Below, one piece after another: positions 1-9,467 of a DNA stretch of 32,000 nucleotides (the stretch's first letter is position 1; every line of letters starts with the position of its first letter). The position numbers and the translations under genes were made by a program. Source of the DNA: a bacterium. Lineage in GTDB: Bacteria > UBP7 > UBA6624. The notes under the pieces are model-generated. The model ran no database searches. It saw nothing but the letters and a program-made list of their open reading frames with translations, and was not told the origin of the DNA. The stretch spans positions 60,001-92,000 of the forward strand of contig PBAU01000002.1 in NCBI GenBank assembly GCA_002716355.1, in the 5' to 3' direction.

Positions 1-28
1 AAGTTCTAAAGGTTCTCATTACCAGGAC

Positions 29-2074
29 ATGCTGGACGAGATCCTTTCTGTTTTTGAGAAATCTAAAAAGATAACCAAGGTTCGATTCGAACTTAAAAAC
101 CCATATTGGATTAAGTCTGAAAGCCTGCCAAAGATAGATGTAAAAAAATTAGATCTAATTTTTCCACTCCCATATTCCGAACATCAGCTTTTGGGAGACG
201 ATATATTTAATGAAAATCTTTTTGCAAATCTCTCTGATCCAGCTTTGTATTGGTTGGACGGGGATTTTTCCGAACAGGGTTTTCCTGAGGTGGAGCCATT
301 GTTTATTTTAACTTTCAATGACTTTGTAAATGACGAGTTAAACTACATATCACAACCATTGGTTAATGCTATTCAGGCTTCATTGCTTGCATCTAATGAG
401 TGGGGTGAATTTGTTTTACAAACACCCGACAAGCAAGAGCTTTCTATTTTGATTAATTTTAAGCATCAAATAATTTCAGGTATGGCATCCTGGGTTAATG
501 GCTATGCCCAACCTGGTGATGTTTACAATTTCGAATATCTCGGATCATCTACTTTCAGGCTTGTAAAAAATAAAGAGATTAAAAATCCATCACTAGATGA
601 CGATGAACTAGAAAGATTACTCTCCTTACAGGCAGAGAGCAAACTAACACTCAAAAAACTTGTAATTGAAGTTTTAAAACATCACCCAGGTGGTTTAACC
701 TTCAGCGGTATATTTAATCGCTTAATGTTTATAAGAAGAATTTCAAGAAGATCTTTAATGAGTGAGTTGACAAAATTCTTTTGTTTTGATTGTAAAGATG
801 ATAAATGGAAATATTATGAAAAAAGATCTGACCTAGGAGAAAAGTTTTCTGCTAGCTCTTTTCCAATTGCTGGTTTAAATACCAATTGTTGGATATTGCG
901 TGAGGAAATGCAGCCCGAAGTTGGGGATTCATTGAATATGGTTTATGGGAAAGCAGCACATAATGATTTGTTTTGCATTGTTAATCCAAAAAATCAACTT
1001 ACCAGTGTGTTTCGATTAGCCGTTAAAGGTAAAAAATGCACAATTCAAGATATTACAAGCTGTGAGCCAATGCCTTTAGATAATTTTGATATCCCAAAAG
1101 CAGGTCTGAATCAGATTGAGAATTCAGTTTTTTGTGACATTAACGAAGAGCTTGAAAGGGAGGTTTTGGATTCCGAAGTTTACGCAGGAATTAAGCAGGC
1201 CTTCACGACATTTGAACCTAATCCAAGTGTAAACCAGGAGGTTACAAGAAGCTTAGAGGAGCTAGAGAGTCTTTTGGAGGATTCTGGTTCCGTTAGTCCA
1301 TTCGGTGGCTTGGCATGGCAACTTCAGCAAAAATTTACCTGGCAGGAATTTCAAAAAGTTTTAGACTCAAAGATTTATTCTCAAGAGCATGAGGACCGTT
1401 TGGATGCAGGCAAGTTTGCAAGCTGGATGGCGAAAAGACCAATAGCATGGGACTCCGAATCGATTGTTTATCCAGCTGGACATGGGGAATTGTCAATCTG
1501 CATTCTGGAAGCATTGATTTCCATAATGCAAAATGCTGATTACACCATAGAGGAAGATTCACTTAACATTAGAACAGCCCTTAATAGCGATTTTGTTTTT
1601 AACTGGAGCAAACTGTTGTCAGACCAAAGAAGAATCAAGAAGATTGTTGACATGGAAGATAGTTTTGAATTAGTTGAATTTTTATCTGGCTGGTTTAGAC
1701 GAGTAGCCAAGATTATTGAACCTAGAAAATTAGAAAGTGTAATTAACAGGTTAAGTTTTCACCTGAAAGGTATCGGATCTGTCGATATTAGCGATAAGGA
1801 TTTGCCAGAATATTTAAAATCAGAAAAATCTTCCCTGACAGGTCTAAGTCTTTCTGGAGACAAGCAAGAAAAATCTGCAACTTTGTTTGCAGATTTTAGA
1901 GGATTTTCAAAAGCCAAGATTAAGAAAACATTAAGCCTAGCACCTTCAGTTCTTGTTGATGGGGGACTGCTTGTTTTTGTTTCATTTGAAAATCAAAAAG
2001 TAAACTTTAAAAATGGAAAGCTAGAGGACCAGATCTCAATGGGTTCAATAGTTGCTAAATCTTATATCGTTTAA
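29..2074 (+). CDS. large hypothetical protein (at least 681 aa), possibly truncated at the 5' end by the window edge
   Basis: Long ORF. The frame stays open from nt 2 to the ATG at 29. The only SD-like AGGA (24-27) lies 1 nt from that ATG, so the true start may be upstream of the window. I saw no Walker A, HExxH or obvious nuclease motif. Residues about 206-262 (nt about 644-814, LTLKKLVIEVLKHHPGGLTFSGIFNRL...KWKY) resemble a winged-helix or HARE-HTH-type segment, which is a weak call. Confidence 0.55.
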   Translation: MLDEILSVFEKSKKITKVRFELKNPYWIKSESLPKIDVKKLDLIFPLPYSEHQLLGDDIFNENLFANLSDPALYWLDGDFSEQGFPEVEPLFILTFNDFVNDELNYISQPLVNAIQASLLASNEWGEFVLQTPDKQELSILINFKHQIISGMASWVNGYAQPGDVYNFEYLGSSTFRLVKNKEIKNPSLDDDELERLLSLQAESKLTLKKLVIEVLKHHPGGLTFSGIFNRLMFIRRISRRSLMSELTKFFCFDCKDDKWKYYEKRSDLGEKFSASSFPIAGLNTNCWILREEMQPEVGDSLNMVYGKAAHNDLFCIVNPKNQLTSVFRLAVKGKKCTIQDITSCEPMPLDNFDIPKAGLNQIENSVFCDINEELEREVLDSEVYAGIKQAFTTFEPNPSVNQEVTRSLEELESLLEDSGSVSPFGGLAWQLQQKFTWQEFQKVLDSKIYSQEHEDRLDAGKFASWMAKRPIAWDSESIVYPAGHGELSICILEALISIMQNADYTIEEDSLNIRTALNSDFVFNWSKLLSDQRRIKKIVDMEDSFELVEFLSGWFRRVAKIIEPRKLESVINRLSFHLKGIGSVDISDKDLPEYLKSEKSSLTGLSLSGDKQEKSATLFADFRGFSKAKIKKTLSLAPSVLVDGGLLVFVSFENQKVNFKNGKLEDQISMGSIVAKSYIV

Positions 2075-2570
2075 TTTTAGACCATGGAAATAATGGTCCA
2101 GGGTCCATTTTTCTTCCTGGAGCAATTTCGTTATGGCCTACAACATGCTTACATTGAGGATGTTGGCTGCGGATCCACAATAAAAGGGTATTAAGTGAAT
2201 TTAATTGTTGGCGAGGCCAGTTGCCCCATTTTCTTCCCGCTTGCACACTCCAGCCATATCGCCAAAAAGATTTTTTTTTATAAAAGCCAGGATTTATCAA
2301 TTCAATACCTATTGAAAAATCATTAACATTATCACGATCTTGAAAGCAAGAGGCCCCTGCGTGCCAGGCTTTCTTCTCGGTATCTAGCAACTGAAAAATT
2401 TTTCCATTATGGCTTAAAACAAAATGAACTGAAAGCCTTCTTGCATTAAGGATGTGTAATGTTTGAGCCATTGAAGTTGTTGCTGTGTAATGCAAAACAA
2501 CTAACTCAGGTTTAATTTCCATGTTTGGATGATGCGCTGTTGGTTTTTGGTGAGCGTTCTTGTAAATCAT
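2055..2570 (-). CDS. ampD: N-acetylmuramoyl-L-alanine amidase, amidase_2 / AmpD-like
   Basis: Aligns by eye to E. coli AmpD through VVLHYTA..., KKAWHAG, NDFSIGIEL and VVGHNEIAPGRKMDPGP. I chose the ATG at 2570 (MIYKNAH...). An upstream in-frame ATG at 2648 would overlap the divergent permease start by 27 nt. Confidence 0.8.
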   Translation of the reverse strand: MIYKNAHQKPTAHHPNMEIKPELVVLHYTATTSMAQTLHILNARRLSVHFVLSHNGKIFQLLDTEKKAWHAGASCFQDRDNVNDFSIGIELINPGFYKKKSFWRYGWSVQAGRKWGNWPRQQLNSLNTLLLWIRSQHPQCKHVVGHNEIAPGRKMDPGPLFPWSKIKRYKI

Positions 2571-2621
2571 CTTAGTGTCAATTTTATTCAGATTGTCTTG
2601 AATAAAATAGAATAAGCAACA

Positions 2622-5036
2622 ATGAGCAACCCCCAAAAAGGCCAACATGAAGAACTAGCAAGAACATTAGGACTTTATGACGTTACCATGATTGGCGTTG
2701 CTGCCATGATTGGTGCTGGCATTTTTGTTTTAACAGGAAAGGCCGCAGGCATTGCGGGTCCAGCTTTTCTATTGGCATTTTTTTTAAATGGCATTGTTGC
2801 AATGCTTACTGCTGGCGCATATGCAGAACTAGGAGCATCCTTTCCAGAAGCGGGAGGTGCTTTTATGTGGGTCGCCCAGGGTTACCGGAAAGTGGTTTCC
2901 TTTATTGCTGGGTGGATAGGATGGTTTAGTCATGTTGTAGCTGTTGCTGTTTATTCATTGGGCTTCGGTGTCTATATCTTAGAACTATTTAATTTTTTTG
3001 GATTGGTGGATCATCCAGAGGAAATGGGGTCCAGCTATCAGCTCTATGTCAAGCTTGGAGCAATAGCAATTTGTGTAATTTTATCTTGGGTCAATTTTGT
3101 TGGAGTGTCCGAAACTGGAAAATTTGGATCAATAATGAGCACAGCAAAAGTTGTCATCTTGCTTTTGTTTGCAGTTTTTGGATTCATGCGTATTTTTCAA
3201 ACTGATGGTTTTGTTCATTATGAACCTTTCTTTTTATCCACAGAAGAACACGCAAGTGCAATATTGGTTTTATTTGCAATGGGTATTACATATATGGCAT
3301 TTGAGGGTTATGAGGTAATTGTCCAAGCAAGCGAGGAAGTAAAAAATCCTGAAAAAAATATACCTAAAGCTATATTTCTGTCTATTTTAGTTGTACTGCC
3401 AGTTTATTTATTGGTCGGTGGAGCTTCGCTTGGAGCATTAAACATTGATGAGATTTCACCTTCTTTAAGTGCAGGTTTTTATGGCCTGGTTGAATCTTCT
3501 CAACAACCTGCAACCAATTACAATTTAATGGCATTTTTGGGCGAAAGGGCAGTCGTTGAATCTGCTAATCAATTTGTTCTGCCTTTCCCTTTTCCTGGCT
3601 CTAACTACACTGTGGGCATGTTTCTTGTTATATTAGCAGGCATAGCTTCAACAACATCAGCACTTAACGGAACACTGTTTTCTTCCAGCAGGGTTGCATT
3701 TGCAATGGGCAGGGAGGGTTTATTGCCTTCGATTCTTGGAAAAATTCATCATGTTAAACGAACGCCATATATGGGTTTATTTTTTACTGCATTAATTGTT
3801 CTTGTGATCGTGGTTGCATTACCGCTTTCAGCAGTGTCTGCAGCGGCAAATGTTATGTTTCTTTTATTGTTTACATTAGTGAACATGACTTTAATCAAGC
3901 TTAGAAAAACCAAACCAAAAGTGGCAAGGCCATTCAGGATGCCATTGGTTCCTCTGTTGCCATTTTTAGCCATAGTTTTACAGATAGTTATAGCTATTGG
4001 TGTATTCTTTATTCCAAATTCACCTTTTGATGCGCATGGTGGCCATTCTGCAGGTGCCATTGCCTGGGGTGTGACGTTAGCTTGGATTATCTTGGGTTTA
4101 TTGTTATATGTCGGCCCATTTAGAAAGCTTCAACCAATGTCTAGATCCAGGATTGCAAGTCAAGATACCATTCATACGCCGCAAGGAAATAGCATATTGC
4201 TTGCATTGCCAAATTCTAAAAATCAAAAACCTTTAACACATCTAGCTGCAAGCATTGCAAAAGCACAGGACAGTTTAATCCATATTGTTTCGATTGCAAC
4301 CATACCAGAAACTACACCTTTAACTTTCGCTCCAAAAAAAGATATTCAAAAAAGACATGACTTAATCTCTTCCGCAAAGCAGGAGTTAGAGAAAAGTAAG
4401 GTGAAAATTAACAGCAGTGTTGTGGTTGGAAGGCACCCTGCTGCAGTGATATGCAATGTCGCAGATTTAAGAGGTTCTGATTTGGTTTTAATGGGCTGGA
4501 GAGGCGGTAAAAAGAAAAAAGGGTTGTTTCTTGGAGACACCCTTGACAGGGTTTTGGCTGATTCCTCTAAAACTCTTGCAATATTAAAACAAGGTAAAGA
4601 AACTGAATATAAGAATGTTACTGTGGCTGTAGGTTATGGACCAAATACACAAAAATCAATTGAAATTGGGGCAAGAATCGTTTCGTCTAATCAAGGCTGC
4701 CTTACACTGTTAGCCGTTGCAAAAAATGCCGATGAAAAAGATTTTGCTAAAAAAAGGTTGCAGGCATCAGCAATAGAAATTCAGTCAGTGTATAAGGACT
4801 TAAAGGTGGTTCAGAGCATAATTAAATCATCCTCGATTAAGAAATCAATTATTAAATCATCCAAAGAAAGCGATCTTTTGATCTTAGGGGCAAGTGTAAA
4901 TGGTGTTTTGGATAAAGCCAGACTTGGAAATATCCAAGAAAGCATTGCAAGAGAGTCCAAAGGCAGTGTTTTAACTATTAGAGCGCCTGAGGGAAGGGTG
5001 AAAAGATGGTTACATAGGTTATTAAACGATGAATAA
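2622..5036 (+). CDS. APC-family amino acid/polyamine permease fused to C-terminal tandem universal stress protein (Usp) domains
   Basis: The N-terminal roughly 500 aa is polytopic and carries the APC signature-like GVAAMIGAGIFVLTG. The C-terminal roughly 290 aa contains two Usp-like repeats ending in DLVLMGWRG.. and DLLILGAS... Confidence 0.85.
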   Translation: MSNPQKGQHEELARTLGLYDVTMIGVAAMIGAGIFVLTGKAAGIAGPAFLLAFFLNGIVAMLTAGAYAELGASFPEAGGAFMWVAQGYRKVVSFIAGWIGWFSHVVAVAVYSLGFGVYILELFNFFGLVDHPEEMGSSYQLYVKLGAIAICVILSWVNFVGVSETGKFGSIMSTAKVVILLLFAVFGFMRIFQTDGFVHYEPFFLSTEEHASAILVLFAMGITYMAFEGYEVIVQASEEVKNPEKNIPKAIFLSILVVLPVYLLVGGASLGALNIDEISPSLSAGFYGLVESSQQPATNYNLMAFLGERAVVESANQFVLPFPFPGSNYTVGMFLVILAGIASTTSALNGTLFSSSRVAFAMGREGLLPSILGKIHHVKRTPYMGLFFTALIVLVIVVALPLSAVSAAANVMFLLLFTLVNMTLIKLRKTKPKVARPFRMPLVPLLPFLAIVLQIVIAIGVFFIPNSPFDAHGGHSAGAIAWGVTLAWIILGLLLYVGPFRKLQPMSRSRIASQDTIHTPQGNSILLALPNSKNQKPLTHLAASIAKAQDSLIHIVSIATIPETTPLTFAPKKDIQKRHDLISSAKQELEKSKVKINSSVVVGRHPAAVICNVADLRGSDLVLMGWRGGKKKKGLFLGDTLDRVLADSSKTLAILKQGKETEYKNVTVAVGYGPNTQKSIEIGARIVSSNQGCLTLLAVAKNADEKDFAKKRLQASAIEIQSVYKDLKVVQSIIKSSSIKKSIIKSSKESDLLILGASVNGVLDKARLGNIQESIARESKGSVLTIRAPEGRVKRWLHRLLNDE

Positions 5037-6078
5037 AAAAATATTATTTTTGCTGATTGGGTTTTTTGGTTTTTTTGGCTGCTACAAACCAACAATACCA
5101 TGGCAGATAACAGCCTCATCCATTGTTGACACAGGCCAACATGTAAGGGCAGCTGTTAACTGGAAAGGCGGGCCTGATGGAACACCAATCAATATCACTG
5201 TTATTTATGAGTTAAATATTGATGATAATCAAACAAATTGGCAGCCTATAGCTAGACACGATAATTGGAAAAATGTACAAAGTATTGATTTTTCAGAAGA
5301 CGGAAGCTTTGTCGTTTTGGCAGCTGATTCTAAAAATCGAGATATTTGGATTTGGGAAATAGGGAAACTACCGGTAGAGTTCACATCCAATAAAGATATA
5401 GAGGGTGATGTTACCTTGATTCAGGATTCGATTGCTTTTAGAAAAAAAGAAGGCAAGGCCCATAATTTATTTGTCAAATCGTTAAATGGCCTTGATAACA
5501 AAAGGTTAACCAATGGTAGCTCAACACGTTGGAATCTGAAAGCTTCAGAAAGAGAAGAGGGTGTTGTTCTTTTGCATAATGTTAGATCGAGAATGAATAT
5601 AGGTTTGTCTACTGTAGGAATTGATGGTTCTAAGCCACAACGTGTTTTTGATGAGGATGGACCTGAGGTTTCTTTTGATATTGCGGGAAACTATGTTGTT
5701 TTTTCCAATGAAAATAATTGGTTTTTGTGCTCTCCTGAAGCGGGAATGGATTTTTCAAACCCCGTATGTATCAAAAATGACGCCCCATCTGCTTTCGGTT
5801 GGATTGGGGATGTTTTCATAATTAATCAGGATCTTTATGGTGGGATAGTGGCAGATGAATCTTCGCCTAATGGTAATATTTTGTTATATGTTTTTAATAA
5901 TCAGATTTATGAATTTGCTTATGAGAATAATGTAATTAAACATGTGAAATCAGAAGGAGACAAGCTAAGTTTAAGCATCAACAACCCTATGTTTGGTGAT
6001 TTTTTTGCCATCCTTAAAATGGGTGAATTTGAACTTGAAGAACTTCCAGTTATTTACGCACCTGAATCTGATAGTTGA
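5029..6078 (+). CDS. putative lipoprotein, possibly a TolB/PD40-like beta-propeller
   Basis: Signal peptide plus Cys (LLIGFFGFFGC). Repeated beta-strand-rich segments such as SIDFSEDGSFVVLAADSKNRDIWIW. The start overlaps the permease stop by 8 nt (ATGAATAA), so the two genes are probably translationally coupled. Confidence 0.55.
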   Translation: MNKKILFLLIGFFGFFGCYKPTIPWQITASSIVDTGQHVRAAVNWKGGPDGTPINITVIYELNIDDNQTNWQPIARHDNWKNVQSIDFSEDGSFVVLAADSKNRDIWIWEIGKLPVEFTSNKDIEGDVTLIQDSIAFRKKEGKAHNLFVKSLNGLDNKRLTNGSSTRWNLKASEREEGVVLLHNVRSRMNIGLSTVGIDGSKPQRVFDEDGPEVSFDIAGNYVVFSNENNWFLCSPEAGMDFSNPVCIKNDAPSAFGWIGDVFIINQDLYGGIVADESSPNGNILLYVFNNQIYEFAYENNVIKHVKSEGDKLSLSINNPMFGDFFAILKMGEFELEELPVIYAPESDS

Positions 6079-7004
6079 TTTTTCAACGCCAACGTCTTAA
6101 GGTGCTGCCTAAGTATTGGCTTGGGGTAATTAGATAATATTTTTAAACTCCATCCGTCTGTTATCTCCGGTAAATCCATAAGCCATCCATCCAAATCAAG
6201 ATCAAAAGATTTTTTAATTATTTTAAAATTTTCACTTTTTAAACCATGTTGAAAGTAAACCATATAAATATAAGCATCTTTCTCTTTTGAAAGGTAACTC
6301 ACGAAGGCGCCTTTTGTTTCTTCCTCTTCGAGTTTGTGGGTGTTTAAATAAAATGTCCTTTGCCTTGTCGTCCCCAGTATTTCCTCAGGAAGAAAAAAAT
6401 CCTTTTTTGTGGTTTTCGTGGTAATTTTATAATTATTATTATTTTCAGGAGCCACAAATAAATCATCGTTTAACTCTTCTTCATTGATGCTGATCTCAAT
6501 AACATCAGTCAACGAATAACCTTCATTCAGCGTAACCCTCTCCCTTTTCATTGGCAGCTTGTATTCTTTATGTAGCCAGTAGGTTGTCTTGAAGCCTTGC
6601 TCTTCAAAATATGTATTGGAGTTTGAAATTGTCACAATCTCAACATCATTAAAAATGTCCTCTTTTTTTATCCATTGGTCATCATCTGGAGATATTTCTG
6701 CCACTTTGCCCCACACATGCCCAGGCTTTAAAAGGTTAAAGATTTCTTTGTTTCCCGGGAATAGAGCTTTTTCGAAAAAGATGTTTGTATTTATGTCTTG
6801 CAAAACATAGACATTGCCATCTTCCCTAAGTAGAAAAAATTCATTTTTTTTCTCTTCTAAACGAATGGAATTATTTTTTGCAAAGTAACGAAGTTCATTT
6901 TTCTCAATTGTTGTTTTTTGATTTTTTTTGTAAAAGTTTATTTCACCATAAAAGGAATTTTCAACCTGGAACACACTCAGCAGAATCAGGAGAAGCCCAA
7001 TCAT
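6054..7004 (-). CDS. secreted hypothetical protein, possibly a LolA/RseB-like (DUF4367-like) partner of the sigma/anti-sigma pair
   Basis: N-terminal hydrophobic signal (MIGLLLILLSVF). Its start codon directly abuts the anti-sigma stop (TAGATG at 7002-7007). The position matches rseB in rpoE-rseA-rseB operons. The fold assignment rests on position and composition only. Confidence 0.45.
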   Translation of the reverse strand: MIGLLLILLSVFQVENSFYGEINFYKKNQKTTIEKNELRYFAKNNSIRLEEKKNEFFLLREDGNVYVLQDINTNIFFEKALFPGNKEIFNLLKPGHVWGKVAEISPDDDQWIKKEDIFNDVEIVTISNSNTYFEEQGFKTTYWLHKEYKLPMKRERVTLNEGYSLTDVIEISINEEELNDDLFVAPENNNNYKITTKTTKKDFFLPEEILGTTRQRTFYLNTHKLEEEETKGAFVSYLSKEKDAYIYMVYFQHGLKSENFKIIKKSFDLDLDGWLMDLPEITDGWSLKILSNYPKPILRQHLKTLALKNQLSDSGA

Positions 7005-7436
7005 CTATGTTAAAAAGGGATCTTCAAGTAGTAATGTATTGAAGTCGGAAACGCCACCGCTCAGGCCTGTTTGCGAAGCTTGCTCAACTTTGTTTAGACT
7101 GTTGGCCATGTCAGTGTTATTTCGAAAAGTATCACGCACATAACCCCATCCAAAATAGGAAATCGACATTAGGCATATTGCCAATGTGGAAAAAGACACG
7201 CCGGCAAATGAGTTAATGGCCAATTTTCTTTGTTGAATTTTTATTTTTTGATCAACTATACCAAAAATGTCAATTTTGGAATTTTTTGTCATGCCGGACA
7301 ATTCTGGAACTTTTGGCTTCTCGTTTTCAATCAAATCACACAAGATGTCTTTGACCCTTTTGGGCTTTTTCTGGCCCTGGAGACCCTTTCTGACCTCAGC
7401 CAGGAAAGCTTTATTTCTATTTTCTGAAAAAAACAT
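7005..7436 (-). CDS. putative single-pass membrane anti-sigma factor
   Basis: Lies 3 nt downstream of the ECF sigma gene. One predicted TM helix (FAGVSFSTLAICLMSISYFGWGY). There is no zinc-binding HxxxCxxC motif, so the call is mainly positional. Confidence 0.5.
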   Translation of the reverse strand: MFFSENRNKAFLAEVRKGLQGQKKPKRVKDILCDLIENEKPKVPELSGMTKNSKIDIFGIVDQKIKIQQRKLAINSFAGVSFSTLAICLMSISYFGWGYVRDTFRNNTDMANSLNKVEQASQTGLSGGVSDFNTLLLEDPFLT

Positions 7437-7439
7437 TAT

Positions 7440-8030
7440 TTATTTATTATCCATATATTGTTTAAATTTTAATCTCGCTTTATGTATTCGCATCTTTACA
7501 GCAACAACAGAGCAGCCCAATATTTCGGCCACATCCAAGTAGCTTAATTCCGCCTGAACGGCAAGCATTAAGGCCTCTCGCAAATGAACAGGTAGCTTCA
7601 TGAGTACGATTCCAATTTTTTCAGCTTGATCCTGTTGGTTCAGCACTTGTTCGGGATTGAATTCTCGAGGGTCGCTTGGGTCAAAGGCGTTGTTTTCCGA
7701 ATCATTGGTGTTAAATAGACCTTCAATAGATCCCGGTCTTTTGTTTTGGGAGGTCAGTAACGTGTTGCCCTGGTTTCTGGCTATTGTGAAAAGCCATGTT
7801 TTGAATTTTTGTTTTGTGTTAAATTTTTTAGCATATTTCCACACTCTAAAAAACGACTCCGCCGCAGCTCCTTCCGCTGTGGCTGGGTCTTTGATGTATA
7901 TGCTCAAAAAGTTAAAGAGTGGCCCCTGGTATCTTTCGACAAGCTCATTCAAGGCATCATGATTGTTCTTTGCAACTAGCTCCATCAGTTTTTCATCCGT
8001 ATATCCATTTAAAGCCATACTAGGCTCCAT
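7440..8030 (-). CDS. RNA polymerase ECF-type sigma-70 factor
   Basis: Region 2 is recognisable (LVERYQGPLFNFL, FFRVWKYAKKF, TWLFTIARNQ), as is the region 4 HTH (LSYLDVAEILGCSVVAVKMRIHKARLKF). Confidence 0.9.
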   Translation of the reverse strand: MEPSMALNGYTDEKLMELVAKNNHDALNELVERYQGPLFNFLSIYIKDPATAEGAAAESFFRVWKYAKKFNTKQKFKTWLFTIARNQGNTLLTSQNKRPGSIEGLFNTNDSENNAFDPSDPREFNPEQVLNQQDQAEKIGIVLMKLPVHLREALMLAVQAELSYLDVAEILGCSVVAVKMRIHKARLKFKQYMDNK

Positions 8031-8100
8031 CTTATACTCATTCAGGCCGGGGTTTGTTTCTTGGAAATGTAGGTTTGATGAACTTGATTAAAAATTTCTA

Positions 8101-9462
8101 TCAATTATATTCTGGCTCTCTTATTGAAACTACAAATTCTTGTGTTGTCGTGGTGACTAATCTTGAATAGCCAATACGGAACCCATAATCTCCATGTTGT
8201 GAAAGGTTGCCATCAAATGACGGTTGCATGTTGATTGGCATGTCATCCATGCCAGAACCTGTAAAACTGATAAGCATGTCGCCACTCCAAAGGCTATTTA
8301 TTGAAAATCTGTGATGCAGCTTGAATGTGTTTGTTGCATTATGCTCCCCATGCTCCCACCAAAAAATATGCTTTCTGCCACTTGTCTCAATTGCGAGGGA
8401 TATTTGTGCTGATCTCAAGTTTATGGGAGCGTAAGCCATACCGATCCCCTCTCTCTCTGGTCCAGCTGTCCATGGGTTTGCGGGTGACCATTCTTTGTAA
8501 ACGATTTGCTCAGTAGAGTCATTTTGGTAAACCAGTGTCAGTTTAGATGTGAAGGGATTGATCTCAAAGCCAAAAGACTCAGTGACATCTTCAGCAATGG
8601 GAGAATAAATAGCATCTGCACCACTCCATTGTGAGATTTGACCGCAAGCACTTACACAATGGTAAAGTTTTATTTTCTTTTTTCCGCTAGCTAGATCCAG
8701 ATATCTGGCTGTTATATAGATTTTTGCACCGTTGGTTTTTAAAATTGGCGAACTGCCGACATATGACTGCAATGTGCCACCGCCATCAATAGACACTGGA
8801 GCATTCCAATCTGTAAAATCATAGGGGTTTGCTTGTAAATTTGCTAGCGGGTAGTCCATAAAGTTTAATCCCATATTAATTGGGTTGCCTAAATCGTCAA
8901 AACTTTCTTGCCAGGCCAGAAGAAGAGTGTTGTTTGTTGTGTCAATCGCAGCAGTTGGGGCCCCACCACCTACTGTGTTTGACAAACTAGACCCACAACC
9001 TTGCAAGCTACCTCCTGTTGACCAAGTTCCATCCCAGCACCAATACGTTACATAAGTGTCAGCAGTTGGAATATCCTCAGTTGCAAAAATATGCAGTACT
9101 CCACTATTTACTGAGTTATAAACTGAATTGTTATTATCGATAATTGCAGTCACCCCACTACATCCAATACCACCTCCAATTGTCATTTTTTCGGTTGTGC
9201 TAAAGCTCCCTGAGATGTCTTTGTAGATTTCAAGCTGACCGACACTCAGGCCACTTGAGTTGCACGCTAAAAGATAATTATTACCCTGAAAATCATAAAT
9301 ATAATGAGTTTCAGAATAGACTGCAGGAGTTTGGGAAGTTGGTGCAACTGAAAGATCTTGACCGTTATATGCTATTGGGTGTGTTGCGTTTGAATTGTTG
9401 TTACCGCCACATGCGGATATTGCGATAATTAAAATTGGTAAAAGTTTAATAATTTTTTTCAT
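8101..9462 (-). CDS. hypothetical lipoprotein, Gly/Ser/Thr/Asn-rich, probably a beta-propeller-like repeat fold
   Basis: Lipobox (ILIIAISAC). Repetitive beta-rich composition with many W/G/S/T/N residues. No catalytic motif recognised. Confidence 0.6.
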   Translation of the reverse strand: MKKIIKLLPILIIAISACGGNNNSNATHPIAYNGQDLSVAPTSQTPAVYSETHYIYDFQGNNYLLACNSSGLSVGQLEIYKDISGSFSTTEKMTIGGGIGCSGVTAIIDNNNSVYNSVNSGVLHIFATEDIPTADTYVTYWCWDGTWSTGGSLQGCGSSLSNTVGGGAPTAAIDTTNNTLLLAWQESFDDLGNPINMGLNFMDYPLANLQANPYDFTDWNAPVSIDGGGTLQSYVGSSPILKTNGAKIYITARYLDLASGKKKIKLYHCVSACGQISQWSGADAIYSPIAEDVTESFGFEINPFTSKLTLVYQNDSTEQIVYKEWSPANPWTAGPEREGIGMAYAPINLRSAQISLAIETSGRKHIFWWEHGEHNATNTFKLHHRFSINSLWSGDMLISFTGSGMDDMPINMQPSFDGNLSQHGDYGFRIGYSRLVTTTTQEFVVSIREPEYN

Positions 9463-9467
9463 AATAT

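Noticed and set aside
2271-2279. A T9 homopolymer inside the amidase gene, and T8 tracts at about 6844-6851 and about 6922-6929 in the RseB-like gene, considered as possible phase-variation switches.
   Set aside because: They encode Lys runs in an AT-rich genome where such tracts are expected. The reading frames are intact, and there is no population data to indicate length variation.
2571-2648. A longer AmpD-like form starting at the ATG at 2648, with a hydrophobic N-terminus (MLAFLGVAHCCLFYF) that would suggest an exported AmiD-like lipoprotein.
   Set aside because: This start would overlap the divergent permease start by 27 nt. The segment lacks a proper lipobox. The shorter form matches the E. 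coli AmpD N-terminal length. I keep it as an alternative, not a call.
4811-4862. A 12-nt direct repeat ATTAAATCATCC occurring twice, 40 nt apart.
   Set aside because: It encodes the repeated peptide IKSS inside the second Usp-like domain region of the permease. It is a short coding-level repeat, not a regulatory or mobile repeat.
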